Shown piece by piece: positions 26,709 through 37,112 of a stretch of DNA of 41,059 nt. The DNA comes from Promethearchaeota archaeon (lineage in GTDB: Archaea; Asgardarchaeota; Lokiarchaeia; Sigyniarchaeales; SOKP01), in NCBI GenBank assembly GCA_019058245.1, contig JAHPZJ010000004.1:1-41059 (forward strand), read 5' to 3'. The notes under the pieces are model-generated. The model was not told the origin of the DNA. It worked only from the letters and a program-made list of their open reading frames with translations, and did not search any database. Numbering within the stretch: position 1 is the first letter of the stretch; each line of letters starts with the position of its first letter. The position numbers and the translations under genes were made by a program.

Positions 26709-29168
26709 TTATTTTCCAATATTTTTCTGTATTTCATCAATTTTATTTCTTATAGCATCAACATATTGTGTTTGTTTTAGCTGATCAAATATTTTTTGGC
26801 TTTCTTCATAATTCTGTAAGGCTTTCCGATATTCTCCTTGAATAGAATATACTCTCCCTAGATTATAATAATCACTTGCTATTCCCATAGGATCATGCAA
26901 CTGTTGATCAAACTTGAGAGTTTCTTCATAACATCTTAATGCTTCATGATAATTATCAAGAGTCTCATAAATTTTTCCAATATTACTGAGAGTAGCTGCT
27001 TTATTTGATAATTCTCCTATATTTTCAAAAATTAAAACAGCTTCTTCAAATTGTTCAAGAGCAGATTGGTAATCCTCTTGCATCATATTTATTGAGGCTA
27101 TTTTGGTTAAAAGAAGGGCTTTTTTTGATAAATCACCAATATTATTCGCAATGAATAAAGCTTCATTATATTTTTGCTTAGCAACATCATAATTACCCTT
27201 ACTATTGTGAATCATTCCGATATTATTAAGATAAATTATTTTCATTAATGGATCTCCTAATCTTTCTTCGATATTCAAAGCCTCTTGATATATTTCTAAA
27301 GCTTTGTCTGGATTTCCTTGAGCTAGATAAACAGAACCAATGTTATTCATGCTTCCTGCTTTTTTTGCCAAATCCCCCAATTGATCAGCAAATTTTATAG
27401 ATTCATTATATTTTTCTAAAGCTTTGTCATAATCTTTAGATTCATCATAAATCCTTCCTATATTATTTATCACTATTATTTTACCATATACATCTCCTAA
27501 AAGATCTGAAATTTGTACTGATTCATCAAAATACTTAATTGCTTTCTCATTTTCTTCCTTGGCTCTGTAAATCATCCCTATATTATTTAAAAGAAGTGCC
27601 TTGCTATTCAGATCCCCAACTTCTTCTGTAATTTTAATCCCTTCTAAATAATTTTCTAATGCTAAGTCAAATTCATGACGAACCTCATGTACTCTTCCTA
27701 AATTATTTAAACAAGTTACCTTACTACCGTTGTCATCTAATTTTTCGGCTATTTCTAAAGCTTGGTGATATTGTTCAAGTGCTTCATCATATTTCCCTAT
27801 AGTTAAATAGATAGAACCTATATTATTGATATCTGAACCAATACCTGCGATGTCATTTAAAGATTGATCAATTCGTAAGGCATTCTGATAATGTTCTAAG
27901 GCATTAGCATAATTTCCCTTAATTTGAGTAATCAGACCTAAAAAATTCAAAAAGTATGATGTTGAAGAGATATCATTTATTTCTTCTGCGTTTTGAATAC
28001 CTTTTTGTGAACAACGACTTGCGGCTTCAATTTCTTTCAAATAGTAGAATAATTGGCATGCAAATTTGTATTTTTCAACTTTAGGTACATTCTCATATAG
28101 AGGTTTTATCCATTCTAAGAAATTCGGAATTTCTTTATCTGATCCACCCAAAAATGTTTCATTTAAAGAATGATAAGATAAAAAAATCTTCCATAGGTAT
28201 GTTTCGATAAATTTACTGGTGTGTATTCTGACCAAAACAACTTCGAAATCACCAGAAGAACATATATCTGCTAACATATTTTCAAGAGGGGAAATTTCCT
28301 CTTGAGAACTTAAATCTTTTCTCTTTCTTATTTTTTTTATTTCTGGATAAGTATTTTGAGAATGTTCAATCCAAATAAGACGATTTAAATAAGGTAATTC
28401 CCTTAATGTTGGGCCTATATCAAAATCATCACTACCAGAATATCCCAAAACAACTAAAGATCGATTATTCATTAAATTAAAAACTGTAGGTTTTTTATAC
28501 GGCTCAATAGTGAATGTTTCCCCTTCACCACGCTCTTTTCCTAAAGCACTCATCGTAGTGATGAGTGAATCCATTGTATCTTTATCAGTTATGATATTAC
28601 GTTTGGATCCGTGTATTTTAAATATAGGGTATTTATTTGATTTTACAAGGTTATCTGGATCTTGGTAGAAGATGTAGTCCTCCTTAGAAATAATTGGTAA
28701 AATATCTTGATGCCATTGTTCATCTAGAACACGCAGTAAAGCTTGTTCAATCAAATAATCAAAATTTGTAGTTATGACATAATTGCCTTTGGCAATAATA
28801 TTTGCTAAAAACATATGAATAAGGTTTGGCTCAGTAACATGTTCTAAATAATCTAAAAATTTTAAATCCTCATCAAAAATATTCTGTATCTTCTCCACTA
28901 CTAGCTCATATCTAAGCATATCAAGAGAAAGCAAATTTCCTATTTCCTCTTGAGGTGCACATAATTCCAATAATCCTTTAACTATCTGTATCGCAGAAGG
29001 CATGTTTGTCGGAGGATCCATGGAGATTCCTGCGCCTACTAAGAATGTATACCTATTTTTTGGGTCGAATAATGATTCAATATCATCCTTATATTCTTTA
29101 AATTTAATATCTTCAACCATGCTTAATTCCTTTGGAAATAAAAGTATCTTATGTATATGATATATCAT
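26709..29168 (-). CDS. SIR2-like domain plus long TPR array; likely start ATG 29120
   Basis: FLVGAGIS, ITTNFD, KIHGS, LGYSGSD; followed by about ten NN(I/L)G...AL..Y TPR units. Confidence 0.9.
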   Translation of the reverse strand: MIYHIHKILLFPKELSMVEDIKFKEYKDDIESLFDPKNRYTFLVGAGISMDPPTNMPSAIQIVKGLLELCAPQEEIGNLLSLDMLRYELVVEKIQNIFDEDLKFLDYLEHVTEPNLIHMFLANIIAKGNYVITTNFDYLIEQALLRVLDEQWHQDILPIISKEDYIFYQDPDNLVKSNKYPIFKIHGSKRNIITDKDTMDSLITTMSALGKERGEGETFTIEPYKKPTVFNLMNNRSLVVLGYSGSDDFDIGPTLRELPYLNRLIWIEHSQNTYPEIKKIRKRKDLSSQEEISPLENMLADICSSGDFEVVLVRIHTSKFIETYLWKIFLSYHSLNETFLGGSDKEIPNFLEWIKPLYENVPKVEKYKFACQLFYYLKEIEAASRCSQKGIQNAEEINDISSTSYFLNFLGLITQIKGNYANALEHYQNALRIDQSLNDIAGIGSDINNIGSIYLTIGKYDEALEQYHQALEIAEKLDDNGSKVTCLNNLGRVHEVRHEFDLALENYLEGIKITEEVGDLNSKALLLNNIGMIYRAKEENEKAIKYFDESVQISDLLGDVYGKIIVINNIGRIYDESKDYDKALEKYNESIKFADQLGDLAKKAGSMNNIGSVYLAQGNPDKALEIYQEALNIEERLGDPLMKIIYLNNIGMIHNSKGNYDVAKQKYNEALFIANNIGDLSKKALLLTKIASINMMQEDYQSALEQFEEAVLIFENIGELSNKAATLSNIGKIYETLDNYHEALRCYEETLKFDQQLHDPMGIASDYYNLGRVYSIQGEYRKALQNYEESQKIFDQLKQTQYVDAIRNKIDEIQKNIGK

Positions 29169-29309
29169 ATAATTCTAATATTTTTGAAGTTAATCATAAA
29201 TTTTTTTTGAATTGAATTATTTTATTTGATTTAGGTACAAAATGGTTTAGAATATAGTACTCTTTTCTAAACATCGCTATATAATTTATTCATTTTTCTA
29301 TAAAGAATT

Positions 29310-29810
29310 ATGTCAAAAATACATAAAATATTATTTCTTTGCGGTGGAAATACATGTAGATCTCCTTTTGCCTCTGAATATGCGAAATGGTTGAAAAAAA
29401 CTAAATTTATGAACGATTTAAAAGAAGTAAATTTCGATTCTGCAGGATTATATCACTATTACGAGAGGGCTCAGGATGGAACAGTTAATTATTTAAAATC
29501 AAAAGGGATTGACATATCTAATTTTAGGAGCAAAAGAGTAGATGAAGAATTAGTAAAAAACCAAGATCTTATCTTAGCTTTTGAACAAAAAAGACATATC
29601 AATAAATTAAAAAGACGATTTAAAAATTTAAATCTTGATGAAAAAGTGTTTTTGCTTTTAGATTATGCTGGTGAAACTCATAATTTAGAGATTGAAGACC
29701 CTTTCTATTTTGAACAAAAAGAATACAATAAAATTCTTAAAAGAATTGAAGAAGGTGTAATAAAAACTATTAAAAAGATAATAAAAATAAATAACTTAGA
29801 AAATAGTTAA
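29310..29810 (+). CDS. Low-molecular-weight protein tyrosine phosphatase family protein
   Basis: P-loop CGGNTCRS, DSAG, IEDPF. Confidence 0.9.
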   Translation: MSKIHKILFLCGGNTCRSPFASEYAKWLKKTKFMNDLKEVNFDSAGLYHYYERAQDGTVNYLKSKGIDISNFRSKRVDEELVKNQDLILAFEQKRHINKLKRRFKNLNLDEKVFLLLDYAGETHNLEIEDPFYFEQKEYNKILKRIEEGVIKTIKKIIKINNLENS

Positions 29811-29890
29811 GGAGTTAAAAATAAGTAGAATTATCTCTTATAATCTAAACCAGTTATAACCTGTTATTTAAATAAGAGCGAAAACTAGTA

Positions 29891-31558
29891 TTAAACATAT
29901 TTTTGGCTAAAATACCTATCAATCATATATTTTGCTGGAGAAAATACTTGAATATTACCTCTAAAATTTTTGATTTCTTCTGAAAAATTCTGTTCAAAAG
30001 ACCTTGAAAAAGCGTCTAATTTTTTATTTAAAATTGGTAGATCCATAGAGGTGATTAATACCGCTATATGATATTTTCCGAATGCAAAATAAAAATGATT
30101 ACCTTCTTTATCGATCTTTTTAATAAGTTTTGAACTTCTCGTGATTTCAGAGATTATCGTAATGACACCTGAAAGCGCTCCGCTTACTAAATCTTCATCA
30201 AATTCACATTCTTTTTCCTCTTCTTTCTCTTTATATTCTTGGCTCATTAACATAAAATCATAGTTATATAAGCAAACTCCACTATTACTTAAAACAAAAA
30301 GATTTTTTAATGATTTTGCCCAATCTTTCTCTTTAGATACTAATATGTCTTTACCTGCCATCATCCAAACAAGAACTATAACTAATGCAAATGAATTTAG
30401 TAGATTAGGTAGATTTGGCACCCAAATCTGCATATCCTCAAAAGTATTGTAAAGAAGATCAATCATTTTAAATAATAAATATCCTAAACCTATCCCAAAC
30501 ACCATTAAGGCTAGAAAAAGTCCATTTATACTACCTCTATATTTTAAATTTCCTCTTTCAGTTGAAAAATCTCCCGCTATTGTGATTATAGCTAATATTA
30601 GTGGAATAATAGCAAATGCATAATGAAGAGAAAGATGAATTTCTTTTGGCATACCAAAAACAGGATCATTCGGAGATCCTGTATAAGATGACCCAAATGA
30701 TATATAAAAAAATGAAACTAATAAAATACCAAGAACTAATGAATTCTTTCTACCCATATAATCAAAAAACCAACCAGCTGCAAGAATATATAAAAAAGAA
30801 GTTATTGAAAAAGCAAGAATATTAATTTTATAACTCCCAAAATAACTCAAAGAATCATTTAATAAACCACCTAAAAGACCACTTAAAAAAGCAAGACCAA
30901 TGGAATATCTTGAAAAGTGTAATTCAAAAATGATATTAAAATATTTTCTATCAGATTTTAATCTGTCTTTAGTTTCAATATAGGTATAAAATCGCGAAAT
31001 AATAATGATTATAATTAATAATATAAACTCTAGTATGATAAGATATATATATAAATCCTTAAAAAACAAAAAAAAAATAACAGGTAAACCAAGCAAATAA
31101 CTAGAGATTAAGATCATAGCAGTTATTCTTCCTCTATTCAAAATATTCGTTTCATGAGCTAATGTTGAACACCAGATTATTATTAATTGAGGTATTGTTA
31201 TTATAATAATTAGTAGCCCCAAAATATCAAATAGAGGGTGTGTGAAGGTTGTTAATAATAAACCTAAAATACAAATCAGCAAAACTATATTGAAAAATCG
31301 TGTTTTGTTTGTTATTTTATCAATAAAAAAACCAGAAGCTAAAAAAAAGAAAGATATTACGAATAATGTCATAATCACAGGAATTTCTATTTCTAACCCG
31401 ACTTCCATCTGTATAAAGAATTTTAGAATAAAATATTCAACTGTAAATGAAATTGAAAGAAAAGAAAAAAAAAGGTAAAAAAACGAAGTATTCTCTAAAT
31501 CCACATCTCTAGCAAACAGCTTACCCAGCGAATATTTAATATTTCGTTTCTTAGTCAT
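29891..31558 (-). CDS. MFS-like multi-pass membrane protein with C-terminal longin-like domain (paralog 1)
   Basis: About 12 TM segments; G..D..GRK MFS motif-A-like loops; C-terminal LFVLSNSGVCLY...DEDLVSGALSG...F. Confidence 0.75.
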   Translation of the reverse strand: MTKKRNIKYSLGKLFARDVDLENTSFFYLFFSFLSISFTVEYFILKFFIQMEVGLEIEIPVIMTLFVISFFFLASGFFIDKITNKTRFFNIVLLICILGLLLTTFTHPLFDILGLLIIIITIPQLIIIWCSTLAHETNILNRGRITAMILISSYLLGLPVIFFLFFKDLYIYLIILEFILLIIIIIISRFYTYIETKDRLKSDRKYFNIIFELHFSRYSIGLAFLSGLLGGLLNDSLSYFGSYKINILAFSITSFLYILAAGWFFDYMGRKNSLVLGILLVSFFYISFGSSYTGSPNDPVFGMPKEIHLSLHYAFAIIPLILAIITIAGDFSTERGNLKYRGSINGLFLALMVFGIGLGYLLFKMIDLLYNTFEDMQIWVPNLPNLLNSFALVIVLVWMMAGKDILVSKEKDWAKSLKNLFVLSNSGVCLYNYDFMLMSQEYKEKEEEKECEFDEDLVSGALSGVITIISEITRSSKLIKKIDKEGNHFYFAFGKYHIAVLITSMDLPILNKKLDAFSRSFEQNFSEEIKNFRGNIQVFSPAKYMIDRYFSQKYV

Positions 31559-31735
31559 TATTCCGTACTAAATCTTAATAAATAGTATTTTTTCTTTCTA
31601 AATTAAATATTAATATCAGTATGTAAATTAAGTTTGTAGTATTTTTTAGGATGGCTTCTTATTTAACTTTTTTGCTGAACCCATCTGTTATAATCAACTT
31701 TTATGAGAAAAATGAAAAGAAATACCTCGACTTAA

Positions 31736-33406
31736 TTATTCCATAAAATCATCGTAATTTTTACTGAAATACTTGATTAGTAAGAATTTTGTAGGTTCAA
31801 AATGAGAAACATTACCCTTGAAACTTTTTAATTCCTTTGAGAACTTACTTTCAAATTCTCGGGAGAATTCATCAAGTTTCTTGAATAAAATTGGCAAATC
31901 CATTTTAGCAATTAAGGTAGCAATATGATATTTACCATAAGCAAATATCAGAGTGGCATCCTCCTTTTGAATATGCCTGAGATGCCTTTTGGTATGAGTT
32001 ATTTCGGAAAGGAGAGACGAAATGCCTGTTAATGCTCCAGATACTAAATCTTCATCAAAATCTACTTGCTCTGGTTCATCTTTAAATAAGTCCTTCTGTT
32101 CAAAAGAATAATTATAAAGACTTATGCCGTTTTTGCTAAAAATAATAATAGTTTTCAATGAATCTGCCCATTTCTTTTCTTTTGAGACTAAGAATTCTTT
32201 CATAGCCATCATCCAAACTAAAAGTATAACTAATATAAAACCATTTAGAAGATTTGGAAAATTAGGTAAAAACTCTTGAAAATTAGGAAACCTTTTATAT
32301 ACATCATTTATCCAACGACTAAAAGTAAATCCAACTATCGCTCCAAAAAACATTAAAGCTAAATACAAGCCATTTATTCTCCCCCTATATTTTAAATTTC
32401 CTCTCTCTGTTGAAAAATCTCCTGAAATTGTAAAGATAGCGAGTAGAAGAGGTAATAGGGAAAATCCATAATGAATAGAAAGAAGAGTTTTTCTGGGCAT
32501 ACCGAAAATATAATCTGAATCAATGAATGAACCATAAGATATCAGAAAAAATGAAACAACTAAAATTCCAAGAACTATAGATGTTTTTCGTCCAATATTA
32601 TCCAAACAATATCCTGCTGCGATAAGATACAAAAAGGAAGCTATTGCATATACTATGAAATCAACATCAAAACTGTATCTTGCTAATAAATCACCCAAAA
32701 TAAAACTTAATATAAAAAAACTAGTTGAATATCTAAAGAAATGTTTTTCAAAAATTATATTTAAAAATTTTTTACCTGATTTCAATCGTTCTTTGGTTTC
32801 AATATATTTATACTTTCGAGAATATCTATAAATAATTATAAACAACCCTAGTTCTAAAATTGCTAAAAATATATATAAAAAGTCAAAAATAACAAAAATA
32901 ATAGATATAAATGCTATTGAAAAACCTAAAATGAGTAAATATGCAGCTATCCTCCCACGATTTAAAATATTAGTTTCATGTACGAAGAATGTGAACCATA
33001 GAATAACAAGTTGTGGAACTGTTAAGAGAACTATTAGTAACCCTAAATAATAAAAAATCATTTCTGGAATTGCACTTATAAAAAGTCCGATAATACAAAT
33101 AATCAGTGTTATATTAAAATAATTAGTTCTATTCTTAATGAAATCTATAATAATACCAGAAATTAGAAAACTAATAGCAAGTATAATTAATAATGCATAA
33201 ACTTCTAAACCAACATGCAAAACTCCTCCTGTAGAAAATGTATATTCAAATAAAAATGCTTCAGCTACTATTGTAATTGAAAGCATAGAGAAAAATAAAT
33301 ACATTAAAGTATCTCTTGATAAGTTTATATCTCTTGTGAATGTTCTAGTGAACCAATTTTTTAAATTGGCTTTTTCCATTACTTCTTTATTTTCTACTTC
33401 AGTCAT
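31736..33406 (-). CDS. MFS-like multi-pass membrane protein with C-terminal longin-like domain (paralog 2)
   Basis: Colinear with paralog 1; shared HETNILNRGRI, GDFSTERGNLKYRG and FDEDLVSGAL. Confidence 0.75.
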   Translation of the reverse strand: MTEVENKEVMEKANLKNWFTRTFTRDINLSRDTLMYLFFSMLSITIVAEAFLFEYTFSTGGVLHVGLEVYALLIILAISFLISGIIIDFIKNRTNYFNITLIICIIGLFISAIPEMIFYYLGLLIVLLTVPQLVILWFTFFVHETNILNRGRIAAYLLILGFSIAFISIIFVIFDFLYIFLAILELGLFIIIYRYSRKYKYIETKERLKSGKKFLNIIFEKHFFRYSTSFFILSFILGDLLARYSFDVDFIVYAIASFLYLIAAGYCLDNIGRKTSIVLGILVVSFFLISYGSFIDSDYIFGMPRKTLLSIHYGFSLLPLLLAIFTISGDFSTERGNLKYRGRINGLYLALMFFGAIVGFTFSRWINDVYKRFPNFQEFLPNFPNLLNGFILVILLVWMMAMKEFLVSKEKKWADSLKTIIIFSKNGISLYNYSFEQKDLFKDEPEQVDFDEDLVSGALTGISSLLSEITHTKRHLRHIQKEDATLIFAYGKYHIATLIAKMDLPILFKKLDEFSREFESKFSKELKSFKGNVSHFEPTKFLLIKYFSKNYDDFME

Positions 33407-33544
33407 TTCTCTCTTTTAAATAGATTATAATAGATGTTGTAATTATTATTATGTCAATCATCTATTTAATTCTTTATTTAATTTTACTTAGGGATTTCTC
33501 ATAACTTTTATTTGAAATAACATTTTTTTAATATTTGATTAATT

Positions 33545-34024
33545 GTGAGTAAAATTAAAAATGTTCTCTTCGTATGCCTAGGCAATACAGCAAGATCTCC
33601 TGCTGCAGAATATTTAGCACGCTATTATACTAAGAAACTTGACGTAGATTTAGAAATTGATTCATGTGGTTTTTTCAATGCGTTCACTTATATGCAACCA
33701 GAGTCTCGAACATACTTGGATTCTAAAGGAATAAATCATTTGGACTTTATTCCAAAAATAATTAACCGTAAATTATTAGAAAAACAAGACTTAATTCTTA
33801 CTATGGAAAAAACACATTCACTTGATTTAATAAAGAATTTCAATTATATAGAAAATATTGAGAAAAAAACTTTTACATTGAAAGAATTTAATGGAGAGAC
33901 TCAGAAAATAGATATTATTGATCCTTATTGTACTTCAACTGAAAATTATGAGAAAATCTTAAAAATTATTGATGAAAATGTTGAAAAAGCAATTAAAAAG
34001 ATAATACAATTAAATCAGAATTAA
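33545..34024 (+). CDS. Low-molecular-weight protein tyrosine phosphatase family protein (paralog)
   Basis: P-loop CLGNTARS, IIDPY. Confidence 0.9.
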   Translation: MSKIKNVLFVCLGNTARSPAAEYLARYYTKKLDVDLEIDSCGFFNAFTYMQPESRTYLDSKGINHLDFIPKIINRKLLEKQDLILTMEKTHSLDLIKNFNYIENIEKKTFTLKEFNGETQKIDIIDPYCTSTENYEKILKIIDENVEKAIKKIIQLNQN

Positions 34025-34130
34025 AGGACTTTTAATTTTTATCTTAATTATTTAAGTCATTAGTAAAATAAATTTAACTTCTTTTTGGTTATCCTAAAAT
34101 ATAAATATATTCATTTAGGTAATATTTATC

Positions 34131-34676
34131 ATGTATCAAATAACAATAAATAATTCAATTATCGAAATTTTTCAAGGTGACATAACCAATATTGAACAAT
34201 ATGATGCAATTGTGATTCCTACAAATAGTAGGCTCCTTCCTAGTGGTGATCTAAGATGTAGAATTTTAAAAAAAGCCGGAACAAAGGTGCAAGTTGAATG
34301 TAATAAAATTATTAACAAAATAATTCAAGTCTCTGTAGGAAACTCTATAGTTACCTCTGGGGGTGATTTTATAAAATATATAATACATACTAACGGTCCA
34401 AGACCGGGACAAGGAAACGAAGGGAAAAAATTAATGTTAGCCACTTGGAACTCATTACTATTAGCCGATGAGATAGGTATTAATTCGATTGTATTTCCTC
34501 CTATCTCTATAGAAATGAGAGGAATCACCTCTAAATTATGCGCTAAAACAATGCTTCCCACAATGAAAAAGTTCCTTGTAGAAAAAAACCAAAACTTAAA
34601 AAATTTATCAATTTGTCTTGAAAGTCAAGCTGATTATAATGAATTTGAAAAGGTTCTACAGAATATATCTGAATAG
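34131..34676 (+). CDS. Macro domain protein (divergent)
   Basis: QGDIT, DAIV, IIHTNGP, SIVFPPIS; the NAAN and GGG loops are altered. Confidence 0.8.
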   Translation: MYQITINNSIIEIFQGDITNIEQYDAIVIPTNSRLLPSGDLRCRILKKAGTKVQVECNKIINKIIQVSVGNSIVTSGGDFIKYIIHTNGPRPGQGNEGKKLMLATWNSLLLADEIGINSIVFPPISIEMRGITSKLCAKTMLPTMKKFLVEKNQNLKNLSICLESQADYNEFEKVLQNISE

Positions 34677-34779
34677 AATCTTGTTATTCGATTTTTTTGA
34701 ATTATTAAGTCTTAACTCATAAAAAGATTTATATTCTATTAAACTAAAAATAAATTTGTCTTATTTTAATTAAAAAATA

Positions 34780-35727
34780 GTGATAATTTTGGATTTAGCT
34801 ATTGAAACAAATAATTTAAAAAAATATTTTGGGGTTATTCATGCTGTTGATGGAATAGACCTACAAATCCCAAAAGGCTCATTATTTGGAGTTCTTGGAC
34901 CAAATGGAGCAGGAAAGACAACAACAATAAAAATGTTATCGACAATACTCCCCCCAACTAGTGGTGATGCGTCAGTGCTAGGTTTTGATATAAAAAAAGA
35001 TGTCTTAGAGATAAAAAAACGTATAGGTGTATGTCCTCAAGAGCTTGTACTTTATCCACGTTTGAATGCGAGAGAAAATATTCATTTAATTGCGCAAATG
35101 CATGGGATGTCAAAAAAAGATTATAAAGAAAGAACAGATGATTTGTTAGGAAAAATGAATTTGTTAGATCGATCAAAAGAATTAGTAAAAAATTATTCTG
35201 GTGGAATGAAACGGCGGATTAATGTGTTAATGGCAGTAATTCATGAACCAGAATTATTATTTTTTGATGAACCCACAGCAGGTCTTGATCCACAATCCCG
35301 GCGAGTAGTATGGGATTTTATACGAGATTTTCAAGAGAAAGACTCTACTATTATTTTAACTACACATTCTATGGAAGAAGCAGATGATCTTTCAGATGAA
35401 TTAATAATAATTGATCATGGCAAAATTATTACCCAAGGAACGCCAGACGAACTGAAAGGAAAATTAGGAGAAGGAGATATTTTAGAATTTAAGGTTAAAG
35501 AGATAGAACAGAGAAATGAAATTATTGAGCGAGCTACAAAATTAGATTTTGTCCAATGGGGAAAATCAGTAGGGAAACATAGAATTGTCCTTAACGCCCT
35601 TGATGGATTAAGGAGAGTGTCTGAAATTATGGATGTTATAAAAGTAAAAATGGAAGATATTTCAGTTCGTAAAAATACTTTAGAAGATGTATTTATTGAT
35701 TTAACTGGTAGGAGGTTAAGAGATTAA
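34780..35727 (+). CDS. ABC exporter ATP-binding subunit (DrrA-like)
   Basis: GPNGAGKTT, YSGGMKRR, FFDEPT, TTH. Confidence 0.95.
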   Translation: MIILDLAIETNNLKKYFGVIHAVDGIDLQIPKGSLFGVLGPNGAGKTTTIKMLSTILPPTSGDASVLGFDIKKDVLEIKKRIGVCPQELVLYPRLNARENIHLIAQMHGMSKKDYKERTDDLLGKMNLLDRSKELVKNYSGGMKRRINVLMAVIHEPELLFFDEPTAGLDPQSRRVVWDFIRDFQEKDSTIILTTHSMEEADDLSDELIIIDHGKIITQGTPDELKGKLGEGDILEFKVKEIEQRNEIIERATKLDFVQWGKSVGKHRIVLNALDGLRRVSEIMDVIKVKMEDISVRKNTLEDVFIDLTGRRLRD

Positions 35728-36461
35728 TGGAACAAATATTCGAGCCAAAATTTACTAATCAGTTATGGTATTTAACTGTAAAAAACTTCAAATCAATGAT
35801 CCGAGAGATAAGTCAATTAGTTTGGATTTTTGGATACCCTTTAGTCTTTATTCTTTTATTTAGGTTTGGATATGGATTAGAAACTTTTAACATTTTTGCG
35901 CCTGGAGTTGTAATATTAGCGCCAATTGTATTAATTTCACAATTAGCAGGTCATTTCGCCGAAGAAAAGGAGTCAGGAACATTGCAACGACTAATAACTA
36001 CTCCTGTCTCACGTTCTACTGTGTTATTATCTGGATTATTTTCGCAGTTAATAGTCGCAGCAATTCAGATTATAGTTATGCTCCTTCTAATTTTATTATT
36101 TGGAGTATCGATTAATCCTAATGCTAATATCTTTTTATTATTCTTTATTCCATTTATTGTTGCATTTACATCTCTTGGATTTGGTTTAATACTTGCATCT
36201 TTTGTGAGAACAGCAAGTTCAGCTGGAGGATTAGCATGGTTTATCATATTACCACTCCAATTTTTAGGAGGATTACTTACAGTTCCACTTGTAGGTTTTA
36301 TTCCTACCTCTTTAGCAGCAGAAGCTATGGGTGCTGTAATGATAAATGGAAGTATTGCATTTGATCTAGTTGGATTAAATATAATTTTTATAGCTATATG
36401 GGGTATAGGATTAATTGTTCTAGGCATTCTTCTGTTTCAGCGAAAAACCGCAATATTATAA
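35727..36461 (+). CDS. ABC-2 type permease
   Basis: TAATG overlap with the ATPase gene; EKESGTLQRLITTP motif; about six TM helices. Confidence 0.9.
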   Translation: MEQIFEPKFTNQLWYLTVKNFKSMIREISQLVWIFGYPLVFILLFRFGYGLETFNIFAPGVVILAPIVLISQLAGHFAEEKESGTLQRLITTPVSRSTVLLSGLFSQLIVAAIQIIVMLLLILLFGVSINPNANIFLLFFIPFIVAFTSLGFGLILASFVRTASSAGGLAWFIILPLQFLGGLLTVPLVGFIPTSLAAEAMGAVMINGSIAFDLVGLNIIFIAIWGIGLIVLGILLFQRKTAIL

Positions 36462-36463
36462 AA

Positions 36464-36492
36464 TATGTTCTTTAAGAACATACTTTTTTTTT
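36464..36492 (+). terminator. Inverted repeat plus T-tract after the ABC operon
   Basis: TATGTTCTT-T-AAGAACATA directly after the stop codon, followed by C and a run of T. Confidence 0.5.
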
Positions 36493-36542
36493 AAAAATTA
36501 AATTTTTAAAAAATTAATTGCTTTTATTATTAATCTTATACA

Positions 36543-37085
36543 TTGGAAATTGAGGATATAAATATGGATATTGAACAATATAATAATAGAATTAAAAATG
36601 ATCTTTCAAATATAGATTCATTAAAGGGCTTTGAAATCATTTCAGAATCTATGGTTTATAAAATCCTTGATATTTTCGGAAGAAATAGTCTTCTTTCTAT
36701 CTTATATCAAATAGGTGCTGGTCCGGGTGAAACTATAGCAAACAGAATTAAGAACCTATATAAAAAAGAAGAATTTGAAATTCTTGAAGTCCTTGAAATC
36801 TTGATGAATGAGCTTAAAGAATTCTATTCATTACAAATTCGAGAAATTCAAGAAGAACCCGGAAAAGTAAGAATAATTATTGAAAATCATTGCTTCCTAA
36901 GAGAAACGATAAAACATAGAGGAAAATTAAAATTTGGTAAGGCATTTTGTAGAATAAATAAAGGCTATTTCGAAACAGCTTTTAGAAAATTATTAGGTAA
37001 CAAAATTAAGAAAGTAGAGATAAATTATCTTGAACATGATGTTCAAAAAAATCTTTGTATTGAGGAGCTTGTTTTTAATTTTTGA
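36543..37085 (+). CDS. V4R-like domain protein
   Basis: LYQIG..G helix, then ENHCF...FCRINKGYFE...C, the cysteine pattern of V4R domains. Confidence 0.6.
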   Translation: MEIEDINMDIEQYNNRIKNDLSNIDSLKGFEIISESMVYKILDIFGRNSLLSILYQIGAGPGETIANRIKNLYKKEEFEILEVLEILMNELKEFYSLQIREIQEEPGKVRIIIENHCFLRETIKHRGKLKFGKAFCRINKGYFETAFRKLLGNKIKKVEINYLEHDVQKNLCIEELVFNF

Positions 37086-37112
37086 ACTTTGAGTTTCAGT
37101 TAAATAATTCTC

